Below are positions 7,881-12,971 of a DNA stretch of 12,971 bases, in pieces. Position 1 is the stretch's first letter. Every line of letters starts with the position of its first letter. The translations under genes were made by a program, and so were the position numbers. The DNA comes from Octopus sinensis (lineage: Eukaryota): the NCBI RefSeq assembly GCF_006345805.1, contig NW_021826480.1:1-12971 (forward strand). The letters are read 5' to 3'. The notes below the pieces were generated by a model. It did not search any database. It was not told the DNA's origin and saw only the letters and a list, made by a program, of their open reading frames with translations.

Positions 7881-8149
7881 AAAGTGTTTATGCGTGGGGA
7901 AAATGAAAGAAGAAAAGAAAGAAATTAACTGACTTCTTATCACGTGTCCTTGTGGTTACACGGAAGAAATGTCTTATGCAGAGTTGGTCATCTTTACTTA
8001 GAGGTAAGATGAAAAGCTATCATGTATCCGTTGATAAAATGTTATTTAGTTTCGTCCCAGAGCAGTTCGTCTATTTGCTCCATTGGGTCTCAATTTACAA
8101 ATAGGCTTATATGAGCCTATAAACACAAGTTTCACTGCCAGTATTGAAA

Positions 8150-8425
8150 TGAATTGAAATCTCCTAGAAATAACAGTCAAATCTACCACAAAACCCATCC
8201 CGCCGTCTTAAAATATAGAAACAGGAAGAACGTCTGCAATGAGACTTTCTACATATACTATGTCTGGAAATATGATGAGGGCATTATAAATGGAACGCCG
8301 TTGGTTATAGTTATGTTCCATCGTGGATGATTTGGGTGGAGTTAAACATCAGCTAAATACTATGACAACAAATGCTAAAACAACAAAAACAACAAGGCAA
8401 CGGCAACAATAACGACATCAACAAG
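8150..8425 (+). mobile_element. Family 4 repeat, degenerate, ending in a (CAA)n-like tail
   Basis: Shares segments with 4971-4996 and with the reverse complement of 6220-6310; CAACAA-rich 3' end. Confidence 0.5.
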
Positions 8426-8448
8426 AAATACTGCGAGTGTTATCATTC

Positions 8449-8553
<105 letters not shown>

Positions 8554-8964
8554 TACTGTCGGTGCCGCTACTCCTACCTCAGAAATCCCTTCTTTGGGTG
8601 AACAGAAGAATATTTTGATGGTAGGAAAAAAAAATTCATTTACGTTTAACATCCTCAGACGCCATTTTCGTTACTTTACTGATTGAAAATCAGATTGTGG
8701 GTGACGTATATTGTTTTCTTTAGTTCCAGCGCGTATGGCAGTACACAGTCCATTGTTCTAACGAGTATGTGCCTGTATTCGTATTTGTATTCAAACATAC
8801 TTATGTATATGGATACGTATATATGTGTGCACATGTAGATGTATAGGGTGTATGTTTGTTTGTGTGTGTATGTTCGTATTTCTACACGTATATATGTATG
8901 TACGTACATATATACGGACGTATTTTCTTCCCGCCTTTACTAAGTTGTAGAGAAAACGATAATA

Positions 8965-9275
8965 ATGATTTCTAATGTAGACACAATTTAATTAAAACCA
9001 AGATAACATAAATAGATTCAGACAGTGAAATCAGAAAATCAGACCAGAACCACCCTTATAAATACATTGGAGTAGATGATACTGATAAAACACAAAACAC
9101 AGAAATAAAGGAGAAAATTAGAAAACAGTACTGTTAAGATTCAGACGAATATTATGAAAAAATGTGAACTCAATGCTAGAAATAAGATAATCACAATGTA
9201 AAATTCTATAACCGTTCACAGTCTCGGAATCTACTAATATTCCAAAATTACTATCTCAGTGCTGATGTAGACACG
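8965..9275 (+). pseudogene. Decayed non-LTR retrotransposon RT C-terminal fragment, Dong/R4-like
   Basis: Frame from 9012 reads IDSDSEIRKSDQNHPYKYIGVDDTDKTQNTEIKEKIRKQY (YKYIG at 9057-9071). After a frameshift it reads KKCELNARNKIITM (ELNARNKII at 9166-9192). This matches the YKYLG...KEKIRKEYYRR...ELNARNKI pattern of R4/Dong-type RTs. Contains stops and a frameshift. Confidence 0.8.
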
Positions 9276-9276
9276 A

Positions 9277-9451
9277 CATACACACACATACACATACACA
9301 CACACGCACATATATATATATGTAGATGTATGTATATGTATATGTAATATATGTATATTAATATGTAATATACATGTATATATGTCATATATATATATAC
9401 ATATGTATATATATGTATATATACATACAAATATAAATACATACATACATA

Positions 9452-9510
<59 letters not shown>

Positions 9511-9534
9511 TATATATATATATATATACATATA
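9277..9534. repeat. Compound (CA)/(TA)/(CATA) microsatellite block
   Basis: Direct reading; near-pure TA run 9456-9534. Confidence 0.95.
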
Positions 9535-9607
9535 TTATTGATAAAAATGGTAAGACAACAAAGAATGAGAGACCGAGATATTATGTAAATAGAGAAATTT
9601 ATCTGTA

Positions 9608-9610
9608 ATA

Positions 9611-9646
<36 letters not shown>

Positions 9647-9656
9647 TGTATGTATG
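9608..9656. repeat. (TA)n(TATG)n microsatellite at the tail of the adjacent SINE
   Basis: Direct reading. Confidence 0.95.
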
Positions 9657-9806
9657 TTTTAGTCATTTGACTGTAGCCATGCTGGAGCACCGCATTTAGT
9701 CGAGCAGGACTTATTCTTTGTAAGCCTAGTACTTATTCTATCGGTCTCTTTTGCCGAACCACTAAGTTACGGGGACGTAAACACACCAGCATCGGTTGTC
9801 AAGCGA
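9657..9806 (-). mobile_element. 5'-truncated SINE family 2 (3' half) with 11-bp internal deletion
   Basis: Reverse complement matches 7700-7860 with 13 substitutions and an 11-nt gap (GGGTCGATTTG). Confidence 0.95.
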
Positions 9807-10011
9807 CATGTGTCGAGAGGGAATCTATCTTTCTGACAACTACCTCCGCAAAGACTAAACGGCTTATACTGTCTCTTCATAAGCTCGTCTCTTTAAACGT
9901 TCAGAATAATTTTTCCATCGTCTTGGCTTAACAGCCGTCATCGTTTGTTTGTACTGTTTTGTTCTCTTTGTGTTCAAAGACTTTTTGATATGGTGCATCC
10001 ATATATGCATG

Positions 10012-10115
<104 letters not shown>

Positions 10116-10305
10116 AAAAAAGCAACAAGAATGGATTAAAATTTCGGTACGATCGTTTCGTACTAGGACATCTTTAATAAGCTACAAAAAATGCAGTGAA
10201 TACAGATGGCTCGTACTCGTCAGGCGAAAAAATATCAGACAATTCCCAAAACATCAAAAGGGGGGGAGATATAAAAGAGGTTGTAGGATTAACTGCATTG
10301 AAGAG

Positions 10306-10730
10306 AGTTCGATTCATGGAGATCTGATGAAAGGTTTTAAACCTATAGAATTTATGCATGTCTACATATAGCTCATATTGGATATTTGATCAAGTTGTAT
10401 GAAGAAATTTTCGGATACAGTCATGCAAAATTTCTGAAAATCCGAGTAAGAGGCAAAGTGACTGCCACATCATGTAGAGAGGAAAGTCTGAGTAAAAACA
10501 TAGTGACTGTCATGTCGTGTAGAAGAATAACAGATTGTTATTGAAATTAACAAGAATCGCAGATAAGTTCGATTTTTTTGGAGATCTGATGAAAAAGTCT
10601 TGAACTTACAAAATTTGTGTATGTCCTTATAGTTCGTAATCCAGTTTTGTGGAGGGATTTAAGGTACAATCATGCGAAAATATCAGGGAGTCCGAATGAG
10701 AAGCAAAAATGACAGCCTTATATTGTAGTG
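10306..10730. repeat. Diverged direct repeat, ~260-bp period, with 45-bp subrepeat
   Basis: AGTTCGATT...GGAGATCTGATGAAA at 10306 and 10566, alignable for ~170 bp. CC/CTGAGTAA...AGTGACTG...TGTAGA occurs twice in 10439-10528. Confidence 0.8.
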
Positions 10731-10822
10731 GCTAACACCATATAGATATCCGGTGCATCCTGGTTAAGGACCATATTCATGTGAATTCTTTAGAATTCAC
10801 TAGAATCTCAATTACTTAACCG

Positions 10823-10841
10823 ATATATATATATATATATA

Positions 10842-10881
<40 letters not shown>

Positions 10882-10979
10882 GGTATGTACATATATGTAT
10901 ATATATATGCATATCTTTATATATTAATTATATCATTATATGATCAAACTCCACGCATCCTTTTCCAAGTAAGTTTTAT

Positions 10980-11052
<73 letters not shown>

Positions 11053-11100
11053 TCATCTGAATCTCTTCTCTATATATATATATATGTAAATAATATATAA
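10823..11100. repeat. (TA)n microsatellite cluster
   Basis: Runs at 10823-10878 and 10982-11042, plus shorter runs. Confidence 0.95.
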
Positions 11101-11266
11101 ATATAAGAGGGAATTTTTTAACCACTATGTGGAAACCCTTATGCTAAAAGAAGATCCGCTATGGTCTCAACCACTAAGAATTGTTCTCCAGGAAATTTAG
11201 TACACCAGAAACGTAAGCGAGCAAGACAAATGAAAAATAACAAACATATAGATTAATCACAAACAA

Positions 11267-11268
11267 TG

Positions 11269-11333
<65 letters not shown>
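11267..11333. repeat. (TA)n microsatellite
   Basis: Direct reading. Confidence 0.95.
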
Positions 11334-12001
11334 GATCTAGTGTACAAAACTAGGCAAGATTTTGCAGAGAAGATAAAGTTTGTATACATGCAGTAACTCT
11401 CTATCCTATAGTGCAGTGCCTTTATTCTTTGTGGTATTACAGTTGACACAAGTGTAGTCCCAGAAGAATTCAGAACGTAAAATGCAAAATATATTATTTA
11501 GCTTTGAACAACTATGTCAGTTATGAAATATACCTTAATCTAGACATCCAAACTCAGTATATATGTATGCGGGGGAAGTAAATATGTATCAAAATTAGTA
11601 TACCATAATTAACTATTATACTTCAGCGCACACCTATCGCGAATGACAAGGGAATAAAAAGGAACGGGACATATACAAATATAATGAAATATGATAACCA
11701 AAGAGGCGTCAAAGAGAAATTTAATTTGCAAACGTTCCTCTGTTGTAAGCCAAGAATGGTACGACTGAATACAATGACTTGGCAGTTTCTTCGTTAAATA
11801 TTTCGACTAATTGCAGAGCGGCTGCGTATCACTGAGAATTTTTGGACGGCAGCAGTGGTCTATTTTACAGTTGTCTGTTTTATCTGCCAGTAAAATACAA
11901 TAATTAAATGAGTAATCAATAACCAATATTTCAATATATTGATCTAATCATGAAATATGCCTTCAGCTCAGCTGCATCACTGATTTTATAGACGGTCTCT
12001 C

Positions 12002-12034
12002 AACAAACACAAAACACACCAAACACATACACAC

Positions 12035-12087
<53 letters not shown>

Positions 12088-12133
12088 GTGGTGTGTGTAT
12101 ATACCTATACATACTATATATATATATATAATT

Positions 12134-12166
<33 letters not shown>

Positions 12167-12315
12167 CACATTCATATTATATATTATATGTACATATATT
12201 ATACTTATATATATGCGTATATATATGCATATATATTTGTGTATGCACGACACACACAATATATACAATATATATATATATATAACACACACATATATAT
12301 ATATATATTATATAT

Positions 12316-12349
<34 letters not shown>

Positions 12350-12395
12350 CTTATAAGATGTATGTATGTGGGTATCCGCACAAAAACACACACAC
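12002..12395. repeat. Compound (CA)n/(TA)n low-complexity block
   Basis: Direct reading; source of several spurious YI-repeat ORFs. Confidence 0.95.
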
Positions 12396-12971
12396 AGATG
12401 CATATGGCGTTGCTATTATGCAAAAGTGTCGTTAGTCCAAAAATTTGCTTTTTCAGAAAACGAAAAAAAAATTATACTATTCCATAGCAAAACCGTTGTA
12501 CTACGCTTTGACAATGTTTGATATATTGGCACCTGAATCAGCTGGAGATATGATAGTTTGACCAAAAGAACCGGCTATTACAAGCAAAAATAAATATTTA
12601 AGAAACCGCATTTGGCCAAATTTGGACATACGACAGTTTAACATAATAGCAACGATATATATGTATCCCAGATTGTAAGACTGTATGTAAGACAGCAACT
12701 CTGGTCAAGGTGTTCATGCATTCGGTGTGTTTGGTATTTCTGTAGTCGCACACAATCTCATTACGCTGTCTGTGAGCAAAATATTGTATATAAAACATAA
12801 ATATCATATTCATATTCAATACTTTAACTTTAATCTGCTTACTTAAATTTCATTATCAAATATTGAGTTAGAAGGAGCTCTAATTATATTAGCATTATTG
12901 ATGTCGCCTACTTTATGTATTTTGTTTAACGCTTTCAGGAGGCGAAGCTTTAAAAATGTATACCGCAAGAC

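Noticed and set aside
10372-10445. Exon candidate HIGYLIKLYEEIFGYSHAKFLKIR with GTAAGA donor
   Set aside because: Weak acceptor, and it lies within a degenerate duplicated repeat whose second copy does not keep the frame or donor.

Overview
AT-rich, repeat-dense eukaryotic genomic DNA (intronic or intergenic) with no confidently supported gene. I recognise the SINE families and microsatellite load as typical of Octopus; this is from memory and is inference. The window holds three tRNA-headed SINE families: (1) a family with a TTTCATCCTTTCGGGGTCGATAAA central domain (Meta/MESC-like), about 6 loci; (2) a CORE-like SINE with an internal microsatellite, about 6 loci; (3) one intact 389-bp tRNA-Arg-like SINE with a 12-bp TSD. 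It also holds fragments of a fourth repeat, a decayed hAT (Charlie/Buster-type) MITE, a pseudogenised Dong/R4-like LINE reverse-transcriptase fragment missed by the ORF track, and many microsatellites. The supplied ORFs are microsatellite or SINE read-throughs. The most interesting signal is one SINE subfamily whose 3' end is joined to the same heptamer, GTATTTC, at three separate junctions: its genomic target site, an internal head-to-tail dimer junction, and a junction with a different subfamily. The heptamer also sits in the anticodon-arm hairpin of the SINE's own head, suggesting self-targeting or template-jump multimerisation. Also notable are a perfect spacerless 60-bp palindrome, a 58-nt hairpin, a ~91%-identical inverted SINE pair and several phase-compatible micro-exon candidates.
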